Shown: piece by piece, positions 18,932-30,495 of the stretch | How the letters are laid out: each line of letters opens with the position of its first letter | How positions within the stretch are numbered: the first letter of the stretch is position 1 | Translations under genes and position numbers: made by a program | Origin: an uncultured virus (IMG/VR IMGVR_UViG_3300047678_000102) | Lineage: Duplodnaviria; Heunggongvirae; Uroviricota; Caudoviricetes | Direction: 5' to 3' (one strand) | Length of the DNA: 64,000 bases | IMG/VR virus record: IMGVR_UViG_3300047678_000102 | Notes under the pieces: generated by a model | The model's input: only the letters and a program-made list of their open reading frames with translations | What the model was told of the DNA's origin: nothing | The model's database searches: none

Positions 18932-19927
18932 ATGCGGTGGGTCAAACACCCGTTGGTGGAACAGAATTTGCGGTCGATGGACGTTAAGTTTGAGATTGAA
19001 ACAAACATCCCAATGTCCAAAGTTGATTTGGAAGAGGGTAAGAGACACCAAGTCCGGTTGGAAGTTGATCCAGACACTGCTCTGCGGTATGGAATGAAAA
19101 TGGAGCAGGAACCGGATTGTGTGTTTAACATGGTCATCTTGCAGAAGGAAAAGAACCGTTATTGGCCTTGGTCTGGTAACCAACGCCTTCAAGGTTTTAC
19201 GGTCGCGGCAGTGTCAGACACGCTTGACGCTGCTTATGTCGTTCAAATCCACGATCCTGCTATGATGGATTTGCTTCCTCGTGTAGTCAACACCTGGGAA
19301 GCAGTCTCTGGTATGACTAAGTCTGAGTCGATTCATAACGCCAGACATATGGTGGAAAAGCACGGTATGTCTGTTGTAGAAGCAGCAAGGCTTTTTAGTT
19401 TGAAGCCAGATCAGGTTTATAAGCAAGGTAGGGTTGATGAATCCAAGAAGTTCCTTCAGAACTTGGGAATCTCGAGTTCCCAGTTTTCTCCGACCACTTT
19501 GGATGCTCTTGGCAGAATTGAAAACCTTAATGCACGAAGGCGTACTGCCAAGTTGCTACACGAGTATAAAGTGAAAGGTACAGATGCTTTGAACGTCATT
19601 AACGACGTTCGAGAAAGTAACACTGAAGCCCAACAAATTGTCACTTTGGAAAAGTGGGAAAGTGCTTTCCAACTTCGGATTTCCACCAAGACAAGAACCA
19701 AAACCGTTAAGACCTCTGGAATTGTTGGTTCTGTCAACAAACTCCCATACAAGGAAATGAACCGAGAACGTCTCGTGAAATGTGTTACAAGCTTGGCACG
19801 TCTTTGTGAGCAGTGCCGAACTGTAACTCAAGCTCAACTCACCGATCCAGCCCATCGTGAAGTCGTTGCCAAATTGTGGAATACTACCATTGTTCCTACC
19901 ATGAACAACATTTTGGGAGGTAAGTAG
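18932..19927 (+). CDS. ParB/Srx-like N-terminal domain protein with HTH
   Basis: Start reassigned to ATG 18932 (AAGGAG RBS, downstream of the promoter motif); SGNQRL resembles the ParB GxxR motif; GMSVVEAARLFSL is HTH-like. Confidence 0.55.
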   Translation: MRWVKHPLVEQNLRSMDVKFEIETNIPMSKVDLEEGKRHQVRLEVDPDTALRYGMKMEQEPDCVFNMVILQKEKNRYWPWSGNQRLQGFTVAAVSDTLDAAYVVQIHDPAMMDLLPRVVNTWEAVSGMTKSESIHNARHMVEKHGMSVVEAARLFSLKPDQVYKQGRVDESKKFLQNLGISSSQFSPTTLDALGRIENLNARRRTAKLLHEYKVKGTDALNVINDVRESNTEAQQIVTLEKWESAFQLRISTKTRTKTVKTSGIVGSVNKLPYKEMNRERLVKCVTSLARLCEQCRTVTQAQLTDPAHREVVAKLWNTTIVPTMNNILGGK

Positions 19928-19931
19928 AGTT

Positions 19932-21090
19932 ATGGCAGTAAGAAACTCCAAGGTTCCAGACGTTAAGAAGAGAGGGATTGCTGTTCGTTTGTATCTAATG
20001 TTGTTAGATCAAAAAGAACACATCTTCGATGAGTTTTACGATTGGGCTATTGAGTCTATTGAACCACAAATGGCTACAAGAGCTTACCAAAGAACTCACA
20101 AGAAGTTTGATGTAAATAGTGTTTCCTTGGAAGAGCAACTTGATGAAGGTAGGAGAATTATTGCTGTATGTACCCTACATCATATGATTAAGAGAAAGAC
20201 TCTTAAAGTCACGTTCCCAGAAAAGGAAGCTCCTAGACATGAAAAATCTAGGGGGTATTGGGATTTGAGAAAATGCACCCTACAACTTACTAAAGAAGGA
20301 TTGCAACAAGTATTGTTTGGATACGGAATTTTCACCAAGATGATGGCAGAATTACACACTGCATACCAAAGAGGTAGAGTTGGTTTTAACATCACATATT
20401 TGGGAAAACCAAATATGGTTGAGCCAACAGTTTTAGAAGTAGAAGAATCAGATAATGAATGTGTAGAAGATATCCTTTACGACGATAATATTGAAAGTGA
20501 AAACCACAAAGAAGTGGTAAAACAAGTTGAAAACGGAGATTTTGAAGTAAATTGGTGATTTAACTCAATAGTAAGGTTAGAATTATGAGTGTGGATATAA
20601 AAGATCATAATTGTCCAGTGTGTGGATATCGAACCGCCAACTTGAAGAAATGTAAATCTTGTTGTGATAAAGAGGATATTGAGAATAATAAATTACCGCT
20701 ATCAACGCATAAGTTCATATACCACGAACCAAAAAGGGATACATACCATAAAATCTACTCATCGGCTAACCAGCAATGTGGTGGCGGTCATAGAGTTATG
20801 AAAGGGAGTCAATCCGATTGATAGACACTCTTTGTAAACACTGTAATAGAAAGAAGAAGTTACATAGTCGTGGGCTATGTGGTAGATGTGGTAGTTACCT
20901 ACCAATTCGTAATATGTATCCTATACTTCCACGAGAAGAAGAACTCTACATTCCACCAGAACGTAAAGAAGGCGATGCTGAGAAGAAGTGTTTTTGGTGT
21001 GATACATGGAATGTAAACGAGATCTTTCAGGTATGTGATATATGTGAGATAGATTATCAAGCACGTTTAAAAACATGTCCAGAGACATAG
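19932..21090 (+). other. Three hypothetical ORFs (19932-20558, 20585-20821, 20818-21090; last two Cys-rich Zn-finger-like)
   Basis: Co-oriented ORFs; CxxC pairs. Confidence 0.6.
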
Positions 21091-21114
21091 TAGTTCTACC
21101 AAACAGGTGGAAAG

Positions 21115-21990
21115 ATGAATGAGAAAGAATGGCTATCATCAAATATCCCTAAGGACATGTATCATCATGTTATGTATGGACGCTCGTGCGATAATTCAGT
21201 TTACTGCCCTTCTGAAAGAAAGATACGGCTTTTTGCGTGTGCTTGTTGTCGTGATGTTTGGCATCAATTAAATGATGAAAGGTGGAGAAAAGCCGTAGAA
21301 GTTGGAGAAAGATTTGCAGACGGTAAGGCAACAAGACGAGAACTGCAAGAGGCTTGGGGCGGGGCCAACACTGCAAATAGGCCAGATCAAAAAGGATATA
21401 CTGTCGAGACCGTTTTAGCTTCTATTTGCGCATCAGACGATCCGGTTCTTCACATCCGTACATGGTTACACTACACAAGTCCTTGGCAAGCTCAATTATT
21501 TAGAGAGATTATTGGGAATCCATTCCGACCTATTTGGTCCGTTGAATGTACAAAATGTGATGGTCATGGTTTGATTGATCCTGAGACTAATAAAGGATTT
21601 CCTGAAGGGCATTTATGTACATACTGTAACGGTTGGGGTGAAACACCAAACTACCCTCCTTGGGCTACTGATATTTGTTCTAATTGCAATGGTAGTGGTA
21701 ATTCACCAATGGGGCTTAGTAACAAAGCTCCTTGCGGAGTATGTACCAATGGTCGTGAAGGAGACCCCCCTTCAGATGTTGTCAATCTTGCCAAAGCTGT
21801 ATGCAATGGTGAAAACTGCGCTTACGCTCTGCATGACGCCCTCCTAGAAGCAGATTGCCCACAATTAGCAAATCACTTCAACCCCATGCTATTAACCGAA
21901 GAAATCAGAGGTTTGTATACACTGAAAAATTTCCACAACCATCATCCCAAGGGTTGCTGGGTAATAGATTTATTATTGGGAAAGACTTAA
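21115..21990 (+). CDS. Gemmataceae-type expanded family protein (M.E.EWL...RK.RLFAC...GNPFRP...GCWV.DLLLGK) with inserted DnaJ-like CxxCxGxG zinc repeats
   Basis: ERKIRLFACACCR, REIIGNPFRP, LHDALLEADC and HPKGCWVIDLLLGK; four CxxCxGxG-like repeats. Confidence 0.75.
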   Translation: MNEKEWLSSNIPKDMYHHVMYGRSCDNSVYCPSERKIRLFACACCRDVWHQLNDERWRKAVEVGERFADGKATRRELQEAWGGANTANRPDQKGYTVETVLASICASDDPVLHIRTWLHYTSPWQAQLFREIIGNPFRPIWSVECTKCDGHGLIDPETNKGFPEGHLCTYCNGWGETPNYPPWATDICSNCNGSGNSPMGLSNKAPCGVCTNGREGDPPSDVVNLAKAVCNGENCAYALHDALLEADCPQLANHFNPMLLTEEIRGLYTLKNFHNHHPKGCWVIDLLLGKT

Positions 21991-22007
21991 CTACAAAGAG
22001 GTAGTAA

Positions 22008-23198
22008 ATGAAAACGTGTAATATTAAAGTAGGTGATAAAGTAAGAGTAGTATGTGAGAAGCCCTCAGATGCTAATGACATTAGTTCTCCGCCATGGTTT
22101 AATTGTATGGATTGCCTCCTTGGTCGCGAAGGTATTGTAGAAAAGGTTGATCCACAAACATCTGAAAATATATGGATTTTAGTTGGAAATATACCAGGAG
22201 AAATTTGTCAGTCTTTTTTCAAACCCGAATGGTTGATATCAGCTACTGCACCAGCCATATCTTGGGCAGAAGAAGAAGCTATTTTGAAAAAGAAAAGAGA
22301 TGATGTTTTTAGGTACATGTTTGAGATGGAGTAGGTTATGAGATTTGTAGTAGTCGTAAGGGATCCTCAGATTGATCTATATTTAGAAGATGATCTCATT
22401 GTATGTGAAGTAGTAGAAGCAGAAGATGAAAATGAAGCGTGTAAAAAAGTGTATTACAGCGAAGATTATGAACATATGGGATATTTAAAAATGGCATCTC
22501 AAGTTGAAGATGATATGCCATTAGGGGAATGTGAGTATGGATCGTGGTTCGTAAAAAGAGATGACTAATGCTAAAGAGATTGTGGAACTGGTGGTGTGGC
22601 ATCGAAGTTTACATAAGTGATGACGGCGAATGGGAAGTTGAGATTAAATAATGGCTCAAAACATTGAAAGCGTGGTTTATGTCAAAGGTAAACTACGGAT
22701 GAATAGAAAGAATGCCAATAAATTCTATTGGATGAATCAACATGCCATTCCAGAACAGTGTTTTTTAGAAGACGAAGACATGGATGAGGACGCAGATGCT
22801 CCTAAAATTATAACTATTGCTAATCCTTTATGGTGTGGGGAAGGGTCGGATTGGACTTTTGATGTGTTTAAAGAATCTTTGAAGTATACTACTGGGAAAG
22901 CAACGTTGCTTGTTACTTGGGAAGGGGGATTTCCAACTAAACATCTTAGAGTTGTTAATGGTGTCGTTACTGAAGTAAAACCAAAGATTAAACCGATATG
23001 AAATATAGGTTCTTTTATCATTATCGAAGATCTACTGATGGTGTTTCTGTTCATTTTAGGGGTAAGTGTATTCCTTGCGCAAATGTAAAATGTAATGTAC
23101 CTTGCGAATCAAAAAGAAATAAACAACAACCAAGATGGGTGATGCAAGGATTTTGTAAAGAAGTGCTATTGACTGATAGCATAGCAATCATACAATAA
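22008..23198 (+). other. Four small hypothetical ORFs (22008-22334, 22338-22568, 22651-23001, 22998-23198)
   Basis: Co-oriented, with RBS-like motifs or overlapping stop/start. Confidence 0.6.
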
Positions 23199-23240
23199 GA
23201 CTAAGTGTTTAGATCTTTGGGATGGGAATCTAAACACTTC

Positions 23241-23280
23241 AAGATAGGGAGGTATGGGAAGTACCTCCCTATCTTTTTAT
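23241..23280 (+). terminator. Intrinsic terminator (preceded by a second hairpin at 23203-23239)
   Basis: aagatagggaggta / tacctccctatctt stem followed by a T-run. Confidence 0.8.
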
Positions 23281-23282
23281 TT

Positions 23283-23313
23283 CAAGAGCCCTAACATTAC
23301 TTAAGCCGTCAAA
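23283..23313 (+). promoter_or_regulatory. Phage promoter-like motif, copy 8
   Basis: caagagccct aacattacttaagc cgtcaaa directly after the terminator. Confidence 0.8.
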
Positions 23314-23334
23314 TAATAAGGGGGGGGGGCAAAT

Positions 23335-24219
23335 ATGTCTGATACATGGTCAAAAGAATTTTGTCCTGCATGTAAATCCGGTAACTGGGTTAATTATGGA
23401 GACCCAGAAGATATTACTGGAGTAGACGTAGACGCACTTTGTTGTTGGAATTGTAGCCAAGTATTTTGGATTAGTGTTGAATCTGCTGAAGACATTTATT
23501 TTGGGAGGTATAACAAATACACTCCCGATGATGATGAGCCAGACTACAAATCTTTAGACGAAGTATTAATGAACGTAGCTAACATTGAAAACGGCCGTAA
23601 AAACCCTGATGATCCCTACGTTCATTATGAGGGGTAATATGAATTCTGATAAAAACTCTACACAAGAATGTATTGAATTGGTGAGGTTTCTAAAAAAGAT
23701 GCCTGGGTTTACTCTGGTTGATTTTAGCGAAGCACCTCATTGTGGCGCTATTTATGTTGGGTTTGAAGCCGATGAATCTACTTTAATAGAGATACTGACG
23801 CGGAATTTGTATTCTTATAGCCATGCCTATATTGGTGTTTGTTTACATAATGGGAAGATAATGTATTACATTAATTTTGGTATTGGGTGTGCTGGTCGTT
23901 TCGTCCGGGGAAAGGTAGAAGAATGAAGTCAAAGTCTGCTGCTGGGATGGAAGGGAAGTTGTTAATTTATCCCAGTGAGAATGACGGAAGGATTCTAGTT
24001 TATTTCAGAGTCTATGATAAAGATGAACATGGTAGAATAAAGAGAAATGAAGACGGAAAATGTCAGTACAAAGACTACAAGATTTGGCACCACGATCTAG
24101 AAATAAAACTACTTGATGGTCATTGTTACGAAACAGACGGCGGTAATTTCATTGATTACTCTTATCAAATCACCAAAGATAAGTATGAGAAACTAGACCA
24201 CTCAACAACTAAAGAGTAA
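23335..24219 (+). other. Three hypothetical ORFs (23335-23637 CxxC, about 23639-23926, about 23923-24219)
   Basis: Co-oriented; internal ATG starts fit better than the track starts. Confidence 0.55.
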
Positions 24220-24221
24220 CG

Positions 24222-24647
24222 ATGGTAAACACCTTCTTACCATATCCTGATTTCAACAGAACTGCGAGGTGTTTAGATTACAAAAGATTAGGAAAACAAC
24301 GTGTTGAGGTATTCCAGATATTACAAGCATTACTAGGGATTAAGAAAGGGTGGAGACACCATCCTGCCACTAAGATGTGGAAAGGATATGAATGGTGTTT
24401 ATTTGATTACAACTGCTCTATCTGTTTAGAATGGAGGAGCAGGGGATATCAAGATACCATTTATGACAAAATGGACTTACTCCCATTTCCTAATCAGGGA
24501 TGCCTCAAAAGATCATTTCCACCGTGGTTAGGTGATGAAAGATTACACCAAAGTCATAGAAGTAACTTGTTAAGAAAGAACAAAGAATATTATGGAAAGT
24601 TTGGATGGATGGAACCAGATAATTTACCTTACTACTGGCCGGTTTAA
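24222..24647 (+). CDS. Pyrimidine-dimer DNA glycosylase-like protein (MSMEG_6728/EndoV family)
   Basis: MVNTFLPYPDF...LDYKRLGKQRVE...HHPATKMWKG...HQSHRSNLLRK...Y.WP. Confidence 0.85.
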   Translation: MVNTFLPYPDFNRTARCLDYKRLGKQRVEVFQILQALLGIKKGWRHHPATKMWKGYEWCLFDYNCSICLEWRSRGYQDTIYDKMDLLPFPNQGCLKRSFPPWLGDERLHQSHRSNLLRKNKEYYGKFGWMEPDNLPYYWPV

Positions 24648-24656
24648 TAAGGGAGA

Positions 24657-25200
24657 ATGAATATGAAAGTTAAAGAACTACTTAAAAATCCCCAGAATTA
24701 TACTAAGGGATCGTTTGCTAGAAATCAAGATGGGGTAGCTTGTGATATGGCGGACGAACGAGCAAGTAGTTGGTGTGTAATGGGGATGATGTATAAGTGT
24801 TACAGCTACGGTACCGAAGAACTGATGGAGGCATTTGCAAAACTACGTACAGCCATAAAATTAAAATATGGTGTTTCCAGTCTGTTGATTTTCAACGATC
24901 TTCCTAATACCACACCTGAGATGTTATTAGAAATGGCAGAACAAGCAGACGTTTGAAAAGGGGATATTTAACATGGATATGGATGCAGATAAATTAGAAT
25001 ATATGGTAGTAGATTTACCTTTCAGGTTCGAACATTATATTCTATCTGGTAAGATCAAGGACAAACAAGAAATTGTAGTACTAGGCAAATTCCTAACTTG
25101 GGTGTTGGATGAGATTGAAGACGATTTACACGCTCCCAGAGGACCAGATAACACGAGTTTCTACGAAAGACGTTTGAAACAACAGAAACCCCCACCATGA
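24657..25200 (+). other. Two hypothetical ORFs (24657-24956, 24973-25200)
   Basis: Co-oriented ORFs with RBS. Confidence 0.55.
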
Positions 25201-25601
25201 AAAAATCTATTCTTGATGAAGCATTGGCTATTTCTAGGAGGAACAAATCTAAACACCCCGAACTGGAACACTTCCTTCACTACAGTTTTATCATTCAAGA
25301 AAATAAAATTGTTGAGTTTGGATTGAATAACAAGGGTGTTCCTCACCGTCACTACGGTTATCATGATCGTATTAAAGATCACCGGTATTCCCCCAAAACC
25401 CATAGTGAAATTGCTGCTTATAGGAAGGCACGTGGTATCTTAGATAAAAGGAAGAATTTTCAAATCGTGAATGTGAGGATAAACAAAGCGGGGGATGTTC
25501 GTAATAGTAAACCTTGTTCTTGTTGCTATGCCATAATGAAAGCACTTGGTTGTTCTCGATTCTTTTATTCTAGTGATGTTGGGTTTTTGAGTTGCACTTA
25601 A
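25197..25601 (+). CDS. Cytidine/dCMP deaminase-fold protein
   Basis: HSE (HxE) and SKPCSCC (PCxxC) zinc-binding motifs. Confidence 0.75.
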   Translation: MKKSILDEALAISRRNKSKHPELEHFLHYSFIIQENKIVEFGLNNKGVPHRHYGYHDRIKDHRYSPKTHSEIAAYRKARGILDKRKNFQIVNVRINKAGDVRNSKPCSCCYAIMKALGCSRFFYSSDVGFLSCT

Positions 25602-25614
25602 AAGGAAATAGACT

Positions 25615-26678
25615 ATGAGTTCTTTATGGCAAACAAGATTCCCTTCACAAGATATGGAATTTGATGGGTTTCCAGACACCAAAGGAGATTGGTTGTGGGT
25701 GGAAATGTGGGGATGTGGATGTTGTGTTCACAAATGTGGGGTGGCTTGGGTTCATGACGAAGTTGATTTAAATGATCCCCCACCAATCCATTATGCGCTT
25801 ACTAACACAGTATTAGGTATTTCTTGGGAAGGTAACAAACCTACTTTTGAAGATAAAGAAGAAAAGAATCCTATTATTACTGCTTGGATGAAAATCACAT
25901 TACCAAAGATGGAGGAATAATATGATTTGTCCAGATTGTAAAGGCACTAAACAAATGATAGCAGCATTTGTTAAGCATAGTGATGGAAGGACAACATGCG
26001 GCGACAAGTTTCCTTGTATTAGATGTTCATCTACTGGAGAAGTACCAGACGAAATGGCCGAATGGATGAAAGAAGGTAGGAAGATGAGGGATAAAAGAGT
26101 TAATGAAAATCCTTATAGAAGTGTTCAAGAAGAAGCTAAACGGCTCGGTATTAAACCTTCAACATTGTGTAAAATGGAACAGGGAAGGATGAATCCAACA
26201 TGTCCAATAAAAGAGGCTTAATGTCAAATGGGACGGCAAACTGTGAAATCTAATGAAAGATGTATGACACCAAAGTGTAATAGAAGTGTTGTTGCACGTG
26301 GATTATGCAAGAAGTGTTATTATTACGCCAGGGAGATTCTAAAAAGAGATAATTTAACTTGGACCCATCTGTGTAATATGGGTCTTTGTAGAAGTGTTGT
26401 GGTGAAAAACCCTTTCGTAAAAGCATATGAAGAGGCTAAAGCAAATATGTTTCCTTTTGTAGAAGCATATGAGGAAGCCAAGAATGCAAAAAAGAGGACT
26501 TAGAGCTGGTGATGATGTAGAGTGGGCAGTAGGATATACAGACTTCTACCATGGGTTCACTAAGGAACAATGCCCGTATGATGACAAGACCCAAGAACGA
26601 AATAGATGGAAAAATGGATTTGAATTTGCGGAAAAGGAACATCAGAAATGCCAAACGTCTCGCACTGGTGGCTCCTAA
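25615..26678 (+). other. Four small hypothetical ORFs (25615-25920, 25922-26221 Zn-finger plus HTH, 26228-26503, about 26484-26678)
   Basis: CPDCKG...CIRC and SVQEEAKRLGIKPSTLCKMEQG (xre-like HTH); others are only open frames. Confidence 0.55.
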
Positions 26679-26681
26679 TGA

Positions 26682-27342
26682 ATGAAAAAAGAGTGGTTGG
26701 AAAGTGTTGAGCCATGGAGAATGATGGATTGTCTACGTTTGGGTGGAGTTTATACGAATGCAGATAAACCAATTGGTTTTAGATTTGACTCACCATCTAA
26801 AAGAAAGCATAGATTATTCTGTTGTGAGTGTTGCAGTAAAGCCCATTTAACTACAGGCCAAGTTCTAAGTGTATATAGAGCAAAAGGTATTGGTATTGAT
26901 GACCTAGATTGGGCAGAAAATTGGTCAGCATCATGGGGAGACCCACAAACATTGAACTACTATGAGCAAAAAGGTCTTACAGATAAATACAGAGCAGATC
27001 TTCTCCGCCATATAATGGGCAATCCATTCCGACCATTTGGAAGTTTCTATTTGTGAAGGTTGTGATGGAAATGGAGAACGAGAATATACTTATGATTATC
27101 ATGCAATAAGATTGTGCAGACAATGTAACGGTAATGGATGGATGTCAAATCTCCCACCATTTTTTAGTTCTACCACAATTGAATTAGCAAAAGCATTAGA
27201 AAACGACGAAGATTGTTCTTTTGCTTTACATGACTCACTTCTAGACGAACATAAATTAGAGTTAGCTGAGCATTTTGCAGTTCCAAATGAAAAACATCCC
27301 ATGGGATGTTGGGCAATGGATTACATTTTAGGTCAACAATAA
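26682..27342 (+). pseudogene. Second Gemmataceae-type family paralogue, split by a +1 frameshift at about 27036
   Basis: MKKEWL...RKHRLFCC...GNPFRP in one frame; CEGCDG...LHDSL...HPMGCWAMDYILG in the next; removing one T of CCATTTGG fuses them. Confidence 0.75.
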
Positions 27343-29212
27343 TGTTTAACCTTCGTACCGCGATAATAACTACTGGTGCTCTTTTACTTTTGATTTGTAT
27401 AGGACAAACCGTTGCTCTAATACTTACATATCAAAATCAACAGAATGTCATAGATGATTATGAAAGCCAAATAGAACAGTTGGAAATACAACATAATGTT
27501 ACTTACGAACGATATTTAGAAACTGAAAGAAAACACGACAGAGTTAAAGGTAATTGGCAACATGTTCTAAAATATATCAAGTATTTAGAGACGTCTAGAG
27601 ATGAGGTTTCTTTAGAATTACAGATAGCAAATCTAGCATTATTGAAAACCCAAGATGCAATTATCATACCTGAAGATTTAAAAACCAAAGAAGAGAAAAC
27701 CAAGTTTGTTCAATCTGTTATCTTCAGATTGTTTGCGGTGTACAAAGAAGAAACAATCGCCTATATTGTAGAACTAGTTGAATCCAGTAAGAAAGGTATA
27801 AAGAAAGGGAAAGAATGACGACTAAAACAACTTGTGTAGTATTTTCAGGAGCAGTTTTGGTATTGTGCACTATATCTTTGGTGTATTCGCATCAAACACA
27901 CAAAAAGGATATAAGCAAATACGTTGACCGTGAGATCGATTATGGTGTCAAGATACTGAAACAAAAGAAAGAGATAGAGACGAAAAAAGACTACGTTAAA
28001 TTATTGACTGGAAGATTAAATCAAATACAAGAGCAATATGCACAAAAGACAACATCTATAAACGTAATTCAGACTAAATGTGCTTCCTGTCATAAAGATC
28101 TGCAACCACTTAAAGATGATTTGTTAGATCAACTTAGCGAAGGATATAAATACCGTAAAGCTTCTACTGAAAGACTTAATGCTGGGGAGCTCCCTGATGG
28201 ATATTACTATCCAAGCCAACCAGTAGTGCCAACTGCTTTAGCTATACCTGCATATCAATTTATGTACGTCCCTTCATTTGTTTACCCGTTCAATGATCCT
28301 CGGACTCCTTACTATCGTCGGTACTATACAATTAGAAGGTGAGATATGGGACATCCATTTAAACTGTTTTGTAAACACGCACAATATGAATTAGATAACA
28401 AGTTTACATATTCTAAAATAGAGTATCATGATTGTGGTGGATTATGTTGGAGATGTGATAAACCTTTGACTGAGTCTCAAATATATTCACAATATGAAGA
28501 CATCTCCGAAGTCAACATGTCTGATAACGATCGTAAAAGTATTGTAGAGAAAGGGCCAGATAAAGTTAAAGAGTTTTTATACTGGTTGAACAATCCTCCG
28601 ATGAGATATAAGTGTATCCCATGTTTTAAACAGATAATTGATGAACGTAGGAATTCAAATGATCATGTAAGCGCTGAAGAACTTCTTGAAGATTTAATGA
28701 ATCCTGCTGGACAATGGTATCAAGATATGGTACAATTAATTAAAGAAGTAGAAGAATGCGGTTCAGAATGCGTTTATTGGGATAGATTACCGATGTATAG
28801 AAAGAATATAGAATCAAGATTTGGTCCAAATAAGGAGTAAGTAATGTCTACCAAAAAGAAGAAAACCAAACCAGCTATAGACAAAACATATTACGTGTGT
28901 TGGGATACACAAGGCGGGGGATTTGCTCATGATGGGGAGTTTGCATTTAACGAAGAAGAGCTAAAATCTGCCATACTACAAACCTGGGAAAACAACGGAG
29001 ACAGCGATTACGAAGATGAAGAAGATAATATTGATGAAAGCGTTTGCATCTTTGAACTATCTAATTTAAAACCAAGTCAAGTTGTTGGTAAAGAATTAAA
29101 AGAAAAACAAGACACTCAAAGGTTATTAGAAACATTTGAGAATAGTTTGGATAAGGATCAACTAAAGATTTTCAATAAGTTAGTTGAAATATCAAAATCA
29201 AAGGGAGTGTAA
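27342..29212 (+). other. Four hypothetical ORFs (27342-27818 and 27815-28342 TM plus coiled coil; 28346-28840; 28844-29212)
   Basis: N-terminal hydrophobic helices and heptad-rich segments; abutting ORFs. Confidence 0.6.
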
Positions 29213-29213
29213 A

Positions 29214-29666
29214 ATGAAATCAAAACAATTCCCTTCTTGGTTTTACCCACATTCCCCACCAGTTAAACCTGTGGAACCATCTAAGACTCTCAAGAAGAGT
29301 GTGGTACTTGACCATATTGGCAATTATGATTCTATAAAAGTTGCGGATTTACCAGATGGTACCGAAGAAATTCATGTAGACGCAGATTGTGATCATGATC
29401 AAAGTTACTATTCGGAAGGAATACGAGTTAAAGTAAGTTTCATAAGATATGATGAGGTGGAAAATACAAGATACAAACATCAATTATCTCAATACAAAAA
29501 AGATATCAAGTTGTATGAGGAAAGATCTATACAATGGAAGGAGCTAAAAAAACAATGGAATGAGAAACAAAAAGAAGATAAAACAAAATCCAAAGAAGCT
29601 GAAGAACGTCGTGAAAGAAAGATGCTTGCGGAGCTGAAAAAGAAATACGAAAAGGAGATAAAATGA
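29214..29666 (+). CDS. Hypothetical protein, paralogue A
   Basis: Shares FP.WF...LP.GT..I.V.AD...EN..Y..Q with 29916-30365. Confidence 0.65.
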   Translation: MKSKQFPSWFYPHSPPVKPVEPSKTLKKSVVLDHIGNYDSIKVADLPDGTEEIHVDADCDHDQSYYSEGIRVKVSFIRYDEVENTRYKHQLSQYKKDIKLYEERSIQWKELKKQWNEKQKEDKTKSKEAEERRERKMLAELKKKYEKEIK

Positions 29667-29926
29667 TAAATTCTTATCCAGAACATGATAAACTAAAAGC
29701 AATCTCTGAATTTAGTGATTCTATTGGACATTTCATAGATTGGTTGTATACAAAGAATATAGATCTTGTTGATTTACATACAGGTATTCCAATCACAGAA
29801 TCTATAGATCAGTTACTGGCTAGGTATTATGGTATTGATCTTAAAAAGTTAGCAAAAGAAAAAGATGATATGGTACAAGAACTACGAGATGCAATCAATA
29901 AGAAGGAGAAATTAAATGGGGTATGA
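29663..29926 (+). CDS. Hypothetical protein
   Basis: Overlapping start/stop with both neighbours. Confidence 0.6.
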   Translation: MINSYPEHDKLKAISEFSDSIGHFIDWLYTKNIDLVDLHTGIPITESIDQLLARYYGIDLKKLAKEKDDMVQELRDAINKKEKLNGV

Positions 29927-30365
29927 ATTTCCAGATTGGTTCAAAGCATACCATAAACCTGTTCTTTACGTTCACCCACCAGATAAACAATTTGAGAGAT
30001 TTGAAACAATCCAAACGGTAGGTGGGTACAATTTCCATCATTTTAATCTTAGCAAACTACCAGAAGGTACAACCCATATATCTGTAGAAGCAGATTTGTC
30101 TGACTCAGATTGCGAATGTGATGATGAAATAGATGTGCAAATAAAGTTTGAAAAATGTGTTGGTGAAGATAATCCTTATTACGACAGACAGTATAAGGAT
30201 TATCTTAATGAAATGAAAGAACATGAAAATAAATTAGCAGAATGGGAAAGGCTATTAATGATTTGGAATGCAGAACAGGAAAAGAATAAAGAAGAAAGAG
30301 ATGTTAGAGAATACAAACGATTGAAGGAAAAGTATGAAGGGAATGAACACAAGCTTTCTGATTAG
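29916..30365 (+). CDS. Hypothetical protein, paralogue B
   Basis: Similar to 29214-29666. Confidence 0.65.
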   Translation: MGYEFPDWFKAYHKPVLYVHPPDKQFERFETIQTVGGYNFHHFNLSKLPEGTTHISVEADLSDSDCECDDEIDVQIKFEKCVGEDNPYYDRQYKDYLNEMKEHENKLAEWERLLMIWNAEQEKNKEERDVREYKRLKEKYEGNEHKLSD

Positions 30366-30399
30366 TTGATTTACACATCTATAGTCTCCACAATAGTTT

Positions 30400-30455
30400 A
30401 AACCGTCTATTTTCTAAGAATCGTAACACCTATTTTTAGGTATAATAGACGGTTT
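30400..30455 (+). promoter_or_regulatory. 12-bp inverted repeat overlapping a TATAAT box upstream of nrdJ
   Basis: aaaccgtctatt / aatagacggttt; TATAAT at 30441-30446. Confidence 0.4.
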
Positions 30456-30495
30456 GCGTTCTGTTTCGTATTATTGGTAATAGTAAGGGCAATCA

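Noticed and set aside
26408..26482. Imperfect internal repeat PFVKAYEEAK / PFVEAYEEAK
   Set aside because: It is a small degenerate in-frame duplication with no sign of a template/variable-repeat (DGR) pattern and no reverse transcriptase in the window.
30400..30455. Hairpin with a 32-nt loop resembling an orphan guide unit, or an NrdR box
   Set aside because: The loop lacks the GA-N9-T grammar on either strand and I found no convincing NrdR consensus; kept only as a weak regulatory feature.
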